Assembly (NCBI RefSeq): GCF_964355755.1
Contig: NC_092677.1
Span: 5,478,101-5,542,100, forward strand
Length of the DNA stretch: 64,000 nt
Direction of reading: 5' to 3'
Origin: Antedon mediterranea
Taxonomy: Eukaryota; Animalia; Echinodermata
The notes below the pieces were generated by a model that worked only from the letters and a program-made list of their open reading frames with translations, was not told the origin of the DNA and searched no databases. Each line of letters begins with the position of its first letter. The first letter of the stretch is position 1. Positions 1-14,900 of the stretch are shown here, in pieces. The position numbers and the translations under genes are program-made.

Positions 1-359
1 ATCATCAATTTAAGGATTTATTTGTTACTTTTTATGTGATTCTTCTTCATAAAAGTACTTATGAGGCCCAATTGTAAGGTGTTGTATTCACAATAAGTTG
101 CTTAACAATTTGGAGTCAAAAGGAAGTCGAAATAAAAACAGGTGCGAAACGGAACTAGGCCTAGCGCCACTTAGCCTAGCTAGGGCCTAGTAGTAGGCTA
201 GGCTAGGCCTAGCCAGGGAGGCTAGGGTAGGGCTACTAGCCTAGTACTAGCTACTACTACTAGCTAGGGCCTATCGCCCCATTCTACTTTAGATTAGGGC
301 CTGGATAATATAGCGCCGTGGTTAGTATTCCGGCACCGGAACTCAACTGCCCACCGTTA

Positions 360-1005
360 GGGAATCCGACACGCTATTGCGCATGCCCAGAGCTCTGGGA
401 AGTGAATTATAGCTTGCACTATTATAGTGCCACACACAAGCACCAAGAGTCGGAGTGTTATCGGGATTTACTGTAGCCTAGTTAGTCGCTGCGCGAGCGA
501 GAGAGCGCTGGATGAATTAATAATTAAAATACGACTACGCCACGCGTTAAAATAATTATTATGATATTAATATTGTATCAGTATCTATCTAAGAATCGTA
601 ATGCTGTAATTAGCGTTGCGACCCCGACTTCCCGAACAGTTTTTTCACATCCACGCGGTGGCTGCCGTCAACAAATCAACTTGTGATTGCATGTTATGTA
701 CAGTATAATGCGTTATATGAAATCTTTTATTTTGTACTTGAAAAATCATAAAACTAGTCATGTAATTATATAATTCATAATTATATGAAGTTTATAAATA
801 TGAATGAAAAAAATAAATAGGCCCACTGGTCACGTCTAACTGGTAGGCCTAGCCTAGTATTTACTATTAGTGGATCCCGTATTAGTAGGCATCCAGGCTA
901 GTATAGTTCGCTGTGGCGCAGCTATGAAATGACCCATCGCTGTTGATAAGTATAGAGTCGCCAATTACCTCGCTCTGGGCATGCGCAATAGCGTGTCGGA
1001 TTCCC
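360..1005. mobile_element. Non-autonomous DNA transposon (MITE), possibly PIF/Harbinger-like
   Basis: GTTAGGGAATCCGACACGCTATTGCGCATGCCCAGAGC at 356-393 is the exact reverse complement of 972-1009. GGG...CCC ends are flanked by TTA/TAA. No ORF. Confidence 0.7.
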
Positions 1006-1201
1006 TAACAACAACATTCCCAATATATAATAGGCCTAGCTAGGCCTAGGCCTATCCCTCTCTCTAGCCTAGTGCTAACTAGCCTGGCTAGGTAGGCCGA
1101 ACTAGTTATGCTAGTATGCCTAGTAGCCTAGCTAGCTAGAGAGGCTAGCCTAACTAGGCCGGGCCTAGCTAGGCCTAGGCCTACTAGAAAACAGTAGTTG
1201 G

Positions 1202-2112
1202 CGGTCAGTCTAATTACCGAAAACAACCAAAATCAACCATAAAACAACCGAAAACAAACCGAAAAACAAAATAAAATAATCTAAATACCGAAAACAAATT
1301 TGTATATGAATTTTTAATGTTGCCCTCTACTGATGGGTGTTTCTAGAGCAAAGACCATGGCCACCGTGTGGCAGAGAGAAGACCGCGTGCGCAAAAGCCA
1401 AGGAAGACCCTACGAAATGGTAGTGTGCACAAAACACAACTAAAAATCGTACAATCAATCAATGATAACATTGCATTTACTTACAGAATCTATAAAAATA
1501 TTTTGATTTTAGTCTTTCGGTTTTTTATCCAGAAACCAATGCATTTACTCCTCACAATAATTGTGAATACGTTAATCCATAGTATAGAAATTAAATTGAC
1601 TATGGTTAATCATGAATAATTTAATTATAGATTTTCAAAGATAATAATACAAAAATGATATTTTTAAGAATATTGATATTAATATTAGGGACTATAAATT
1701 ATACTTAAAACAAGCTCACAATAAAGGATTCACAATAAAATCTGTTCGGTAAAATTACCGTAGTCGAGTAAATAACGTTTTTATCCTTAATCACTTCAGT
1801 ATTAACTTAAGTGATGAAAACGCAATGTTAGATTTGTAAGTAAATGTAGTCTACGGTGTATATCATTGAATTTGTACGATTTTGAGTTGTATTTTGTGCA
1901 CACTACCATTTCGTCGTAGGGTTTTCCTTGGCTTTTAGCCTTTTGCGCGCGCGGTTTTCTCTCTGCATGATCTTAGCTTTAGAAACGTCCATCAGCAGAG
2001 GGCAACATTTAAAAAATAAACAAATTTGTTTTCGGTATTTAGATTTTTTTATTTTGTTTTCGGTTGTTTGTGGTTGTTTTCTGTTGTTTTTGGTACCTAA
2101 TTAGACTCACTC
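1202..2112. mobile_element. Long-TIR (foldback-type) MITE with 8-bp TSD
   Basis: About 260-bp imperfect inverted arms (approx. 1205-1467 vs 1861-2110). Direct repeat GTAGTTGG flanks both ends (1194-1201 and 2113-2120). The 1368 ORF is incidental. Confidence 0.75.
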
Positions 2113-2963
2113 GTAGTTGGGGGCGACTTTTTCGAATTTGCACAGATTTCCTCATCTTATCGTTTCAAATTACCTAAGGCCTATATATATTTTCTAGGAA
2201 TAATTCATCATCTAGGCCTAGGCATAGAATTTGTCCTCTATGCCTGTAGTGTTTATATTATGTAATGTGGGTCTCTGGTTCCAGCCTGTTGGTTGGGTGT
2301 TGATCATTTCGCCGCCAGTATACAGGCTTTAATTGTAACGCGAATTTGAAATTTCTTTTTGATATCCACTCCCATATATAGTTATGGAAATTTTTAGAAG
2401 TTGAAAATTCAAGCATTTGTTACTAAAATATTTGTTATTCATTAAAATAAAAAAATTAAATAAATTATATAAAATTTTGTAAAATTACTTTTAATGATAA
2501 TCAATGTGTACAGTAGTATGATTCATCAGCTTTAAATTGAGGTGGTAGTACGGCTGTGAGATAAGCAGGTAAGTTGTTCTGGTCAAGACCAGGTAGCTGA
2601 CAGCAGACATCGGCAAAATAATTGTTAATGAAACCAGCTGATTCATTCTCACTAAGACCTTTTATGTTAAATGACTGCTTTCGCTTAAAATTGCACGATT
2701 TCCAACTTTTTTGTGCTAAATTCCATACACATTTTTAACACGAGTGTCAGACTGTAAATTCATAATTTTACGATTAAATATCTTTTTAACAAATTTTTTT
2801 AATTCTAATGTTTATGCGTATCAACCAAAAATATTATCAACCAAAATTACTATCAACCAAAATGTCTTTCTAGTAGGTGTATCTTGTATCTATAGAAAAA
2901 TTTAAGTTACATTACATGCTTGACTGACCATGCCAATCCATTATCTGTTGTTTATGTTTATAG

Positions 2964-5900
2964 ATGCATTTGCATATAGTAATATTGCTGGTTCTTACTA
3001 AATATGGTAAGTATTTTTCTTTCCTTCCTTTTTTTCTTTTACACTGCGTCAATTTTTATACTTTCTGTAAATGTAATGTATAATTTACAGTGCTAAGGTT
3101 ATTGGGGTTGCTTGTAAGAGATAATATGTACAGTACTGTAAGAGCATTGGTTCTGAACAGTTACTAGTAGTGGCAGTGCACCGATTTGACTGTTCGCTGC
3201 GAGCATTGACTTATTGGTTATCCGCAACTAGTAAGTTGCGGATAACCCTTGTTATTGTAAATATCTTTTTTCTTCATCTTTATTAGTTATCCGCTTAGTA
3301 GCGGATAACTACTTGTAATCGTCCTGTTTCATCATATTTTTTTTTTTCTTTTTGGTTATCCGCAACTTTACAACAACCCTTGTTATTGTAAATATCTTTT
3401 TCTTCATCTTCATCTTCTTTGTTATTCTTCTTTCTTTCCCGGATTTTTGTGTGTCGCATATCCCCTATTGCTTGTGAACATAACTTTGTATAACTTTGTC
3501 AAAAGATTGATCTGTAGCTGTAGATGTGCAAGAAACTTTGTTATATGACGTTAGAGTCGCGCAGCGTAAGTTACGCGCGATTTTAAGAATTTCAATGATT
3601 GATCATAGATTATAAACCAAAAGTCATTTTTTATTGACACTTGGTGAAAATTTAAGTCATATCAAGGGCGAACTTTCTATTGTATTTAAAAGATGGGTCT
3701 CGTAATTTTTTCTATGCTACACTGTATATAACATACAGTTTATTCTGTAAAATACTGTAATATGATGTATGCTACATAATAGGTACAATTCAGAACTGTA
3801 AACTCATTTATTTCATATCATAGGATGGCATAATAATTGTCGAGGTTCATGTAGTTTAAAGTATGTGCATGTTGCGTTTGCGCGGATAACCCGAACTCGT
3901 CAAAGTGACGAGTTCAAATCTAGTTAGTTATCCGCACTCAGCGGATAACTCCTTGTAACTGTCCTGTTTCATCATCTTTTTTTTTTTTTTCTGTATTATT
4001 CTTCTTTCTTTCTGTCATTTTTGTGCAGAGCGTATCTCTAAAACGTGTAAAGTTAACATTTTATAACTTTGTCAACATATGGGCAATCACGTGAAGTTGT
4101 GCTTTCCTATTTTTGAATGACGTCAGAGTTGCGCAACATGACTTACGCGCGTTTTTATGAATTTCGCGTATTTAACATAGATCGAAAACCATATAACAAT
4201 TTAAATTGAAACTTAGCAAAAGTCTAATTTATATCGTGCACTAACGTTTTGTGCACTAAAAATAGCATGTTTTACACGAAGTTACGCGCGCACGTGCGTT
4301 TAAAATTTTCAAAATGCGAAAAATCAATTTCTAATCAACTTTCTACTCGTTAAAGTTAACATTTTATAACTTTGTCAACATATGGGCAATCACGTGAAGT
4401 TGTGCTTTCCTATTTTTGAATGACATCAGAGTTGCGCAACATGACTTACGCGCGTTTTTATGAATTTCGCGTATTTAACATAGATTGAAAACCATATAAC
4501 AATTTAAATTGAAACTTAGCAAAAGTCTAATTTATATCGTGCGCTAACGTTTTGTGCACTAAAAATGGCATGTTTTACACGAAGTTACCGCGCGTTTAAA
4601 ATTTTATAATGCGAAAAATCAATTTCTAATCAACTTTCTACGCGTTTCATGTCATTTTGAGCATGTAAAAAATTCCCACGGGCGCGCATATTTTTACGCG
4701 CGTGGTGCGCACGTAGCGTTGAAAACAATTTTTTTCGCGTGATTTAGGTTTTTCCAGCCTTTTCTAGTAATTTTACCAACTTTTAAACGATTTCGACTTA
4801 AAATCACGTCATACGAGCCCGTAGAATTGGATGATTTATGTGGGTTTTTTATGAAAAAGTTCAAAAATTCATCAAAATTTGTCAAAATTATACCTTTTTT
4901 TAAACACTTGTAGTTTCTAAACTAAACGGTAAAAGTTGTTTTTATTACGTATTCTGGAAGATGATGAGTTGTAGATATCGTATCATGCATCAATATGGCT
5001 AACCGGACATTATGACATCATCGTATGGCCACTCGAATATAAAATATAGGGATTTTTTCTCTTTTGTCATAGCGCATCACATTTAATAGAGCGCATCTCC
5101 ACTTATCCGTTTTCCATTTTCACCCCGATTTTTATATTGTCTAGGTCAATCAACTATCCTTTGCATGAGTTAAAAATATTTTAATTTTTATGACGTCATC
5201 ATGCCTACAAATTTAAATTAGGTGTGCCTTTAATTTCATCTTTACAGTAAATTTTAATCTGTTATAGCTCGTACGAATAAAATGTGATAATCACGATTAA
5301 AACGTTTTCTGGAAGCTATTGGATTGTAGATACAAAATCATGTAAAAATTTTACCATTCGGATGTTGTGACGTCATCATATGGCCAGTTAAATAAGAAAA
5401 GTCGTATTTTCATCTTTTGCGTCATAATTCATTACATTTAAAAGAGCGTGCATCAATATTTCACGTATTCAAATTTCTTCTGCACGTTAGTATGTTGTTA
5501 CTGAGATAATTTGCTTCCCAAATTGCTGTCTTAGTTTTTCATTTTGATACCGTCGCCATGTTAAAAATAGGAATAAACGGGGGGTCCCGTAATTTCACCT
5601 ATTCTACACTGTATGTAATATGTATACAGATTATATTATATATACTACATGACACAAAATAACAGAATTCAGCAATAACAACATATCATATTCTTCAGTT
5701 CAGGTCATAATGCCATAATCTTTTTCTGTGTGCAATATTCTAACGTATCACGTGCACGTGGCGTTTGTCGTGCGGATAACTAACTCGTCAAAGTGACGAG
5801 TTACATGTCTAGTCTGTATTATTAGTTATCCGCTTAGTAGCGGATAACTCCTTGTAATCGTCCTGTTTCATCATATTTTTTTTTTTTTTCTGTATTATTC

Positions 5901-8900
5901 TTCTTTCCTTCTGTCATTTTTGTGCGTCGCGTTTCTCTAAAACGTGTAAACAGAACATATCGTAACTTTGTCAACATAACGACATTTACGTGAACTTGTG
6001 CACCTCCTATTTTTGAATGACGTCAGAGTTGCGCAACGTGACTTACGCGCGATTTTATGAATTTCAATGATTGATCATAGACTAAAAACGAAACATAATT
6101 TTGTTTTGACACTTTGTGCAAATTTAAGTCATATCAAGCGCAAACTTTCTATGGATTAAAAATAGCATGTTTCACAAAAAGTTACGCGCGCACGCGCGTT
6201 TAAAATTTTAGAATACGAAAGATCAACTTCTAATCAACTTTCTATGCGTTTCATGTCATTTTGAGCATGTCAAAAATTCCCACGCGCGCGAAAATTTTTA
6301 CGCACGCGGTGCACACGTAGCGTTAAAAACATATTTTTTTCGCGTGATTTATGTTTTTTCAGCCTTTTCTAGTAATGTTACCAAATTTTAAACAATTTCG
6401 ACTTAAAATTACGTCATACGAGCACGTCGAATTAGATAGTTTGCACGCGTTTTTGGTGAAAAAGTTCAAAAATTCGTCAAAATTATGCCTATTTTTAAAC
6501 AGTCATAGATTCTAAACTACATGGAGAACTTTTTTTTAATTACATATTCTGGAAGTTGATGAGTTGTAAATATCGGATCATGCATTAATATGGCTAACCG
6601 GACATTGTGACGTCATCGTATGGCCACGCCAATATAAAATATAGGATTTTTGTCTCTTTCGTCATAGCTCATCACATTTAATAGAGCGCATCTCCACTTA
6701 TTCGTTGTCTATTTTCACCCCGATTTTAATATATTCTAGGTCAATCAACTATCTTTTGCATGAATTAAAATTTTTTTAATTTTTTTAACGTCATCATGCC
6801 TAAAAATTTAAATTACGTTGGTCATTAATTTTATCTTTACATTAAATTTTAATCTGTTATACCTCGTAAGAATAAAATGTGATAATCACGATTAAAACGT
6901 TTTCAGGAAGCTATTTTATTGTAGATACAAAATCATGTGTAAATTGTGGCAATCGAATGTTGTGACGTCATCATATGGCCAGTTAAATAAAAAAAGTCGT
7001 ATTTTCATCTTTTGCATTATATTTCATTACATTTAAAAGAGCGCGCATCAATATTTCACGTATTAAAATTTCTTCTATACGTTAATATGTTGTTGCTGAG
7101 ATAATTTCATTCAGAAATTTCTACTTTTGCATTTCATTTTGAAACCGTCAAGATGTTAAAAATTACAATAAAATACGGGTCCCGTAATTTCACCTATTTT
7201 ACACTGTTTGTGATATGTATACAGATTGTACTGTGTATACTATATGACACAAAATAACAGAATTCAGAAATAACAACATATCATATTCTTCAGTTCAGGT
7301 CATAATGCCTTAATATTTTTCTGTGTGCAATATTCTAACGTATGACGTGCACGTGGCGTTTGTCGAGCGGATAACTAACTCGTCAAAGTGACGAGTTTCA
7401 TGTCTAGTGCTTCTTTCCTTCTGTCATTTTTGTGCGTCGCGTTTCTCTAAAACGTGTACACAGAACATATCGTAACTTTGTCAACATATCGACATTTACG
7501 TGAACTTGTGCACCTCCTATTTTTGAATGACTTCAGAGTTGCGCAACGTGACTTACGCGCGATTTTATGAATTTCAATGATTGATCATAGACTAAAAACC
7601 AAACATAATTTTGTTTTGACACTTTGTGAAAATTTAAGTCATATCAAGCGCAAACTTTCTATGGATTAAAAATAGCATGTTTCACAAAAATTTACGGGCG
7701 CACGCGCGTTTAAAATTTTAGAAAGCGAAAAATCAACTTCTAATCAACTTTCTATGCGTTTCATGTCATTTTGAGCATGTCAAAAATTCCCACGCGCGCG
7801 AAAATTTTTACGCACGCGGTGCACATGTAGCGTTAAAAACATATTTTTTTCCAGTGATTTATGTTTTTTCAGCCTTTTCTAGTAATGTTACCAAATTTTA
7901 AACAATTTCGACTTAAAATTACGTCATACGAGCACGTCGAATTAGATAATTTGCACGCGTTTTTGGTGAAAAAGTTCAAAAATTCGTCAAAATTATGGCT
8001 ATTTTTAAACATTCATAGATTCTAAACTACATGGGGAACTTTTTTTTAATTACATATTCTGGAAGTTGATGAGTTGTAGATATCGGATCATACATTAATA
8101 TTGCTAACCGGACATTGTGACGTCATCGTATGGCCACGCGAATATAAAATATAGGATTTTTGTCTCTTTCGTCATAGCTCATCACATTTAATAGAGCGCA
8201 TCTCCACTTATTCGTTGTCCATTTTCACCCCGATTTTAATATATTCTAGGTCAATCAACTATCTTTTGCATGAATTAAAAATTTTTTATTTTTTTTAACG
8301 TCATCATGCCTAAAAATTTAAATTACGTTGGTCATTAATTTCATCTTTACAGTAAATTTTAATCTGTTATACCTCGTAAGAATAAAATGTGATAATCACG
8401 ATTAAAACGTTTTCAGGAAGCTATTGTATTGTAGATACAAAATCATGTGTAAATTGCCAATCGAATGTTGTGAAGTCATCATATGGCCAGTTAAATAAAA
8501 AAAGTCATATTTTCATCTTTTGCGTCATAGTTCATTACATTTAAAAGAGCACGCATTAATATTTCACGTATTCAAATTTCTTCTACACGTTAATATGTTG
8601 TTGCTGAGATAATTTCCTTCCGATATTGCTACATTCACGTTTCATTTTGAAACCGTCAACATTTTAAAAATTGGAATAAATAGCCTACACTGTATGTGAT
8701 ATGTATACAGATTGTACTGTGTATATACTATATGACACAAAATAACAGCATTGATCAGCAATAACAACATATCATATTCTTCAGTTCAGGTCATAATGCC
8801 ATAATCTTTTTCTGTGTCCAATATTCCAACGTATGACGTGCACGTGGCGTTTGTCGTGCGGATAACTAACTCGTCAAAGTGACGAGTTTCAAGTCTAGTT

Positions 8901-11900
8901 CTTCTTTCTTTCCCGGATTTTTGTGCGTCGCATATCTCTCATCCTTGTCAACGTTGTCATAAGATTGACCTGTAGCTGTAGATGTGCAAGAAACTTCGTT
9001 ATATGACTTTAGAGTCGCGCAGCGTAAGTTACGCGCGATTCTATGAATTTCAATGATTGGTCATAAATTATAAACCAAAAGTCATTTTATATTGACACTT
9101 GGTGAAAATTTAAGTTAAATTAAGGGCAAATTTTCTATGGATTAAAAATGACATGTTTCACAAGAAGTTACGCGCGCACGTGCATTTAAAAATTAAAAAT
9201 GCGCAAAATTAATTTCTAATCAACTTTCTACGCTGATCATGACATTTTGAGCATGTCAAAAATTCCCACGCGCGCGAAAAAAATTACGCGTAAGGTGCGC
9301 ACGGAGCATGAAAATCATGTGTTTTTCTCTTGAATTATAATTTTACAGTCTTTCCTAGTTATTTTAAAAAAGGTTGACATCATTTCAAATTAAAATGACG
9401 TCATACGAACACGTTGATTTACACCATTTGCGTGCGTTTTAGTTGCAAAAGTGACAACATATTGTCAAAATTAAGCCTATTTTTAATCTATTATAGCTCC
9501 TCAGGATCATCCATGACCCCCAATTTTTTAAATTTAATATGTAAGCAGATATGTTGTAGATATGAATTCATGCCGAACCTTTACCACTCGAATGTTATGA
9601 CGTCATCGTATGGCCACACGAATGTAAAATATAGGATTTTTGACTCTTTCGTTATTGCTCATGACATTCAACAAACCGCATCTCGCTTATACGTATGCCA
9701 TTTCCCCCGAAATTGTAATATTGTCTACGTCAATCAACTATCTTTCGCATGAATTAAAAATATTTTAATTTTTATGACGTCATCATGTCTAAAAACGTAA
9801 ATAACTTGGGTCACTTATTTTCATCTTTACAGTAAATATCAATCTGTTATAGCTCGTCAGATTAAAAAGTGATAATCATGATTAAAACGTTTTCTGGAAG
9901 CTATTGGATTGTAGATATGAATTGATATGAATATTTTGCCAATCAGATGTTGTGAAGTCATCATATGGCCAGTGTAATTAAAAAAGTCATATTTTCATCT
10001 CTTGCGTCAAAGTTCATTGCGTTTAAACGAGAGCGCATCTCACTTTTACGTTCCCAAAATTCTTCAAATTTGTTTAATGTAATTATTTAGATAATTATTT
10101 TCTAAAGTGGTTATCTTTATATGTCAATTTGATGATGTCATCGTGTTAATAATTGGATTTAAAAGATGGGTCTTGTAATTCCGTCTATGCTACATTGTAT
10201 ATATTACATATATACAGTTTATTCTGTAAAATACTGTAATATGGTGTATGCTACATAATGGGTACAATTCAGCACTGTAAACATTTTTATTTCATGTCAA
10301 AGGATGGCATAATAATTGTCGAGGTTCATATAGTTTAAAGTACGTGCATGTTGCGTATGCGCGGATAACCCGAACTCGTCAAAGTGACGAGTTCAAATCT
10401 AGTGGTTTATGTGATGGAACGTCAGCCCTCATGTGTGCATAACGACCAGAACAGCAGACAAGGCATAGGATCACCAATGAATAATAAGAAGTTTGGTGGT
10501 TAGTAGATCAGTTAATGACGAGTCTGTCATATCTAAAGGGTATCAGATTGTAGAGATGGACAGGGTGGAAAAAGTATACATCAAGATGATCATGTATTTA
10601 TCTACTCAGGAGCCTAGAGGGAAACATCACATACATGGTGTGTTGGTCTAATCATTGAGAATAACATTGCTAAAGCTTTCACAAGATACTGGCCAGGTTC
10701 TGACAGAATTTTGATAATAAAACTTTAGCAAAACCTTTTAATACAAAGATAGCACAATTATACAAAAGAGGAGTAATAATGGATTATTATGCACAAATCG
10801 AAGATGGCTTGAAATATGCAAAGTCTGATGACATGTGTATATTAGGAGATTTTAATTGATTGAATATATATTTATACTGGGTAACCTCTTCAGTCAAAGA
10901 CTGGTCTCCCAGAGGGCCCAGTTGGTGATCAGTGGCTGTAATGTACTAATACACTGGGGTAACCCCCTACTCGTCTCGAAAGATGTACTAGGTTCTTTAA
11001 AGTGCACACGAGCTAGATGTGTACACTGGACCTACGGTTTATAGTCCTTATCCGAGAAGACTCGTTCTACCACCAGAACCATGGAGTGAGTGAGCCTCGA
11101 ACCCCTGCCGATGTTATGGCTACGTAATTACGGTTCCACTGTCTTAACCGCTCGGCCACTCACTCCCTAATGGTGGGTGGTCGAGGAGAAGTCTTCACAG
11201 TTGGAAAATATGGTTTGGGAATAAGAGATGACAGAGGAGATCTTCTTACAGTTTTGTTATTTTATAAGACCATAATCAAGCTGAAAATACTCACACAAGA
11301 CAATTTGTGGTTCCAACGTAACAACAAATGGTCAGAATGATCGTTTTATTTAAGTGCTGTGTATATACTTTGCAATTTTAACCATTATTTTATTTTTTAA
11401 TGGTAGATTTTTTGTTTCATTTTCAACATTAAATGTACAAGCCCCTTAAGCTGTGTTTATACAACACCCTAAATTTGAACACGTCTTTAATTTTTAGCGT
11501 GTTGCAGGGGCCAAGGTCAACCCCACAAAAACCTTGCAGTTATACATTAAATCGTAATACCGTGTTATACCGTAATTCATAATCCTAAATCGTATATATA
11601 CTCGTATGCATTATGAATTAATATGAGTTTATTATTAAAGGATTTTAATAATAGGATGATTTCGTTTATAATTTAGTTTATTCAGTTATTGATTTTTTAA
11701 ATCTGATTTTGAAATTAGAAAAAAAAATGTTTTAGAATGAGGATAAAACTATGCTACATTTTGCCAAATTATGCCAACATTTGATTATCGTTAATGTTAA
11801 GTGCTAAATCCATTAAAATATGCAAAAAAAAGCACAATTATCTACTAGATTTGGTCAACATTTTCACAGCCTATACTTTTATTTAACAAGAGGTCAAAAC

Positions 11901-14900
11901 AATACCCTGAGGACACTTCCAACATGCCAACAGCAACCAGGAATCCACAAAATTTTAGGATTCAGCCAAGTAGCCTTTTTGGCAATTAAAATCTCATTAC
12001 ACGGAATCTCTTTGGTCGTGTTTATACAACACCCTAAATTTGAACACGGCTTTAATTTTTAGCGTGTTGTTCGGACCGAGGTCAACCCACCTTAACGTTT
12101 GCTGTTATACTAGAAATCACGATACCGTGTTGTACCGGAAGTTTCATCAACACGCAGTGCATGCTAGGATAAAAGGTCAAATCGTTGATCGCTTGAATTG
12201 AATTGTTGGCTGAGTTGTCAACAAATCATCGTCGCCTCCTCACTGTCCGATGTATTCGCGCGGTTTTTACCGTTTTCATTATTGTATTCGTTCACGTTTG
12301 CATTGTTGTTTATTTTGTTCTCGGTTCATTTAAATTAATAAAAGTTATTTTAAGGGTTTGTTTCATTGTTTCATCTATACACTATGGAAGAAGATGCCAT
12401 TTTTGCGATGTTATTTTTTATTCTGTTTGGAGTGGGAAACGATAGTCTATAGAGGCCTACTACCACTACGAGTTGGCCCTACCAGGCTAGGCGTAAGACG
12501 TGGTAGGAGGATGATTGCTGGCAGCGAAGCAGCAATAAATGGGCCCAATCTTGTTAGACGTCGCATGACATGATTGATATTACGACCTGTTTTAACGAGA
12601 GGTCAAAATATACCCTGAGGACACTTCCAACACGGTAACGGCGACCGGGAATCCACCAATTTTTAGGATTCAGCCAAGTAGCCTTTTTTGCAATTAAAAT
12701 CTCATTACACGGAATCTCTTTGTTGTTATACAACACACTTCTCGTAGGCGTGTAGAATATGCGTGTAATAGCGTGTTGTATAAACGCGCCCTTTGATGTT
12801 ATACAACACACTTCTTGTAGGCGTGTTGAATATGCGTGTAATAGTGTGTTGTATAAACGCGCCCTTAGGGCCTGTTCGTAGGGGTTGAAAATACCAGCTT
12901 ATTCCCGATTTCCGTTCGCGTGGCCCAATTAACTTTTGCCTCAGGCTACAAAAAATTCGAGGTAAAATGTTCACCAAATTTGCAGGTTATTTCAGCGATA
13001 ATCCAATTATACTCGGCCTTCGAGGATATAGTGGATGGAATATAATGTAAAAAAGGGCCTAACCTAGAAATAATTGCGTACAAAGGTTTTTAAGTGGATT
13101 TCACTTCTTCATCATGTACTGGATCTGAGAAAAAAAGTCCCGAAAAATCTGAGCCCGCGAAAGGTCATTTTGGGTCATTATAAGGTCATTTGAGGTAAAA
13201 AAGTTACAATATCACGTTTTTGGACATAAAATATTTTTCCAACATCGTTTTTACCTTGATATTGGTGTCAAAATAAAGCTTATTAAATTTGGAATTCAGT
13301 GACATAAACTTTATTGATTACTAGTACATTTTAATATTTATTTAAAGCTAATTAACTATTTTTTATGCACTTTTTTACAAAAAATTGTTTTTCAAAAAAT
13401 ATTCAATGACATTTTATAGCTCACTAGGAAGCTTAAAATGTTTCAATGTTTTCCTAAAAATATCTGTAGGACTCCAAGACACTAGAGTGAAATTTTCAAA
13501 ATCATCGCCTCAATAATGAGGAGTTGAGCACTTTTTAAAACTTTGTGATTTGAAATAAATGTATTTGTATGAATAAACCTTTGGGTTTCCATACCTAATG
13601 TTTCTTGAAATAGAGCTTTCTGATTGGCTGTAAGTTTTATGCAGCCTGGAACCAGCATCACTACACCGCCAGAAAAAGTTTTTGTCAAGAGTTTTATCAT
13701 TATTTTGCAGGTTTGTGTTTATGTTCATTATGTTTAGATAAGACAGATAATTAATTGAATAATGAAATTATTACCAGATATCTATGATTAGACCTATTAA
13801 TAGGCCTAGGCTCTGATGGGTGCTAGGTCTAGCTGAGCTAAGCCAGGTAGGAAGGGGATGCCTCCTAACCTAGCTAGGCCTAGCCTAGGCTGGGTAAGGG
13901 GTTCTAGGAGCCTGTAGACTTAGGTTGAGGCCTTTGTCTTGTCTGACTAAAAAGGGACCTACTTCAATACTCACCTAGGCTTATATAAATATAAAGTGAT
14001 ATTAGGGTATTATACTTTATAAATCATTAACTTGAAAATTAAACATTTAAATCATTTTTTCAACTAGGCCTAGCCTAGTCCATTAAAGTACGGTGACACG
14101 TAGGTGCCTTGTACCTTTGTCACTAATGATTTGCTATTACAATTACAGTACTGTAAAACTATTATCTGGCTGTTTAAAATGGATTACTGTATTCCTTTAT
14201 ATAATATTTTAAACTATAAATAGGCCTAATATACTTGACTTGTCTACGAACTGACCCAGGTGGTTAAAAATATAAAACATTTTACAGTTTACTAAATGTA
14301 CTGTATGCTTTTTTTTCAGTCTCATTATGGAAGCGAGTTCCAGTGGTTTGACAACATGTCCATTTTGTCGTGGATATTTTCATGACAAAAATAATGTTGC
14401 AACGATCAAATTACAAAAAGGAGTTGACACGATAAATACCATGAGTAAAAACAGAGGGGATAGCATCCATGTAACCATAGGACAACAAATACACAAAGAT
14501 TGTAGAAAGAAATATACTCATCCATCGGAAGTAAGATTTAAGTTTTACATTATATTTTGTTTAATACAGTTTATAGCAATAACTTATTATGATAAACAGA
14601 TAAACATTTTTAATCATATTTTGTAAATGATTACTGAATACTACAATCTCCATTACATTACAGCTCCCAAAGAAAGAAGGCCCTTCAAGGACTGCCGAGA
14701 AGAGGAAAAGTAGGGCGGATAGTAGTGCTTTTATTAGTAGTACTGACTGTGTATTCTGTGGAACTAGAGTTGATGCCAACAGATCTGAATTTAGCTATGT
14801 GAAAACTTCTGGAGTTGTTAAATCAATTAAAGAAATCATTACAAATGTTCGGAAATTTGACACATGGTCATTGGCTGTCAATGCTCGGATAGAATTTTAT

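Noticed and set aside
9414-9752. ORFs inside the Helentron nest (9414, 4694)
   Set aside because: No Rep/helicase motifs and no recognisable protein features; most likely chance frames.
10856-11044. Near-identical small ORFs at 10856 and 30604 as a duplicated gene
   Set aside because: Both are chance antisense frames of a young SINE.
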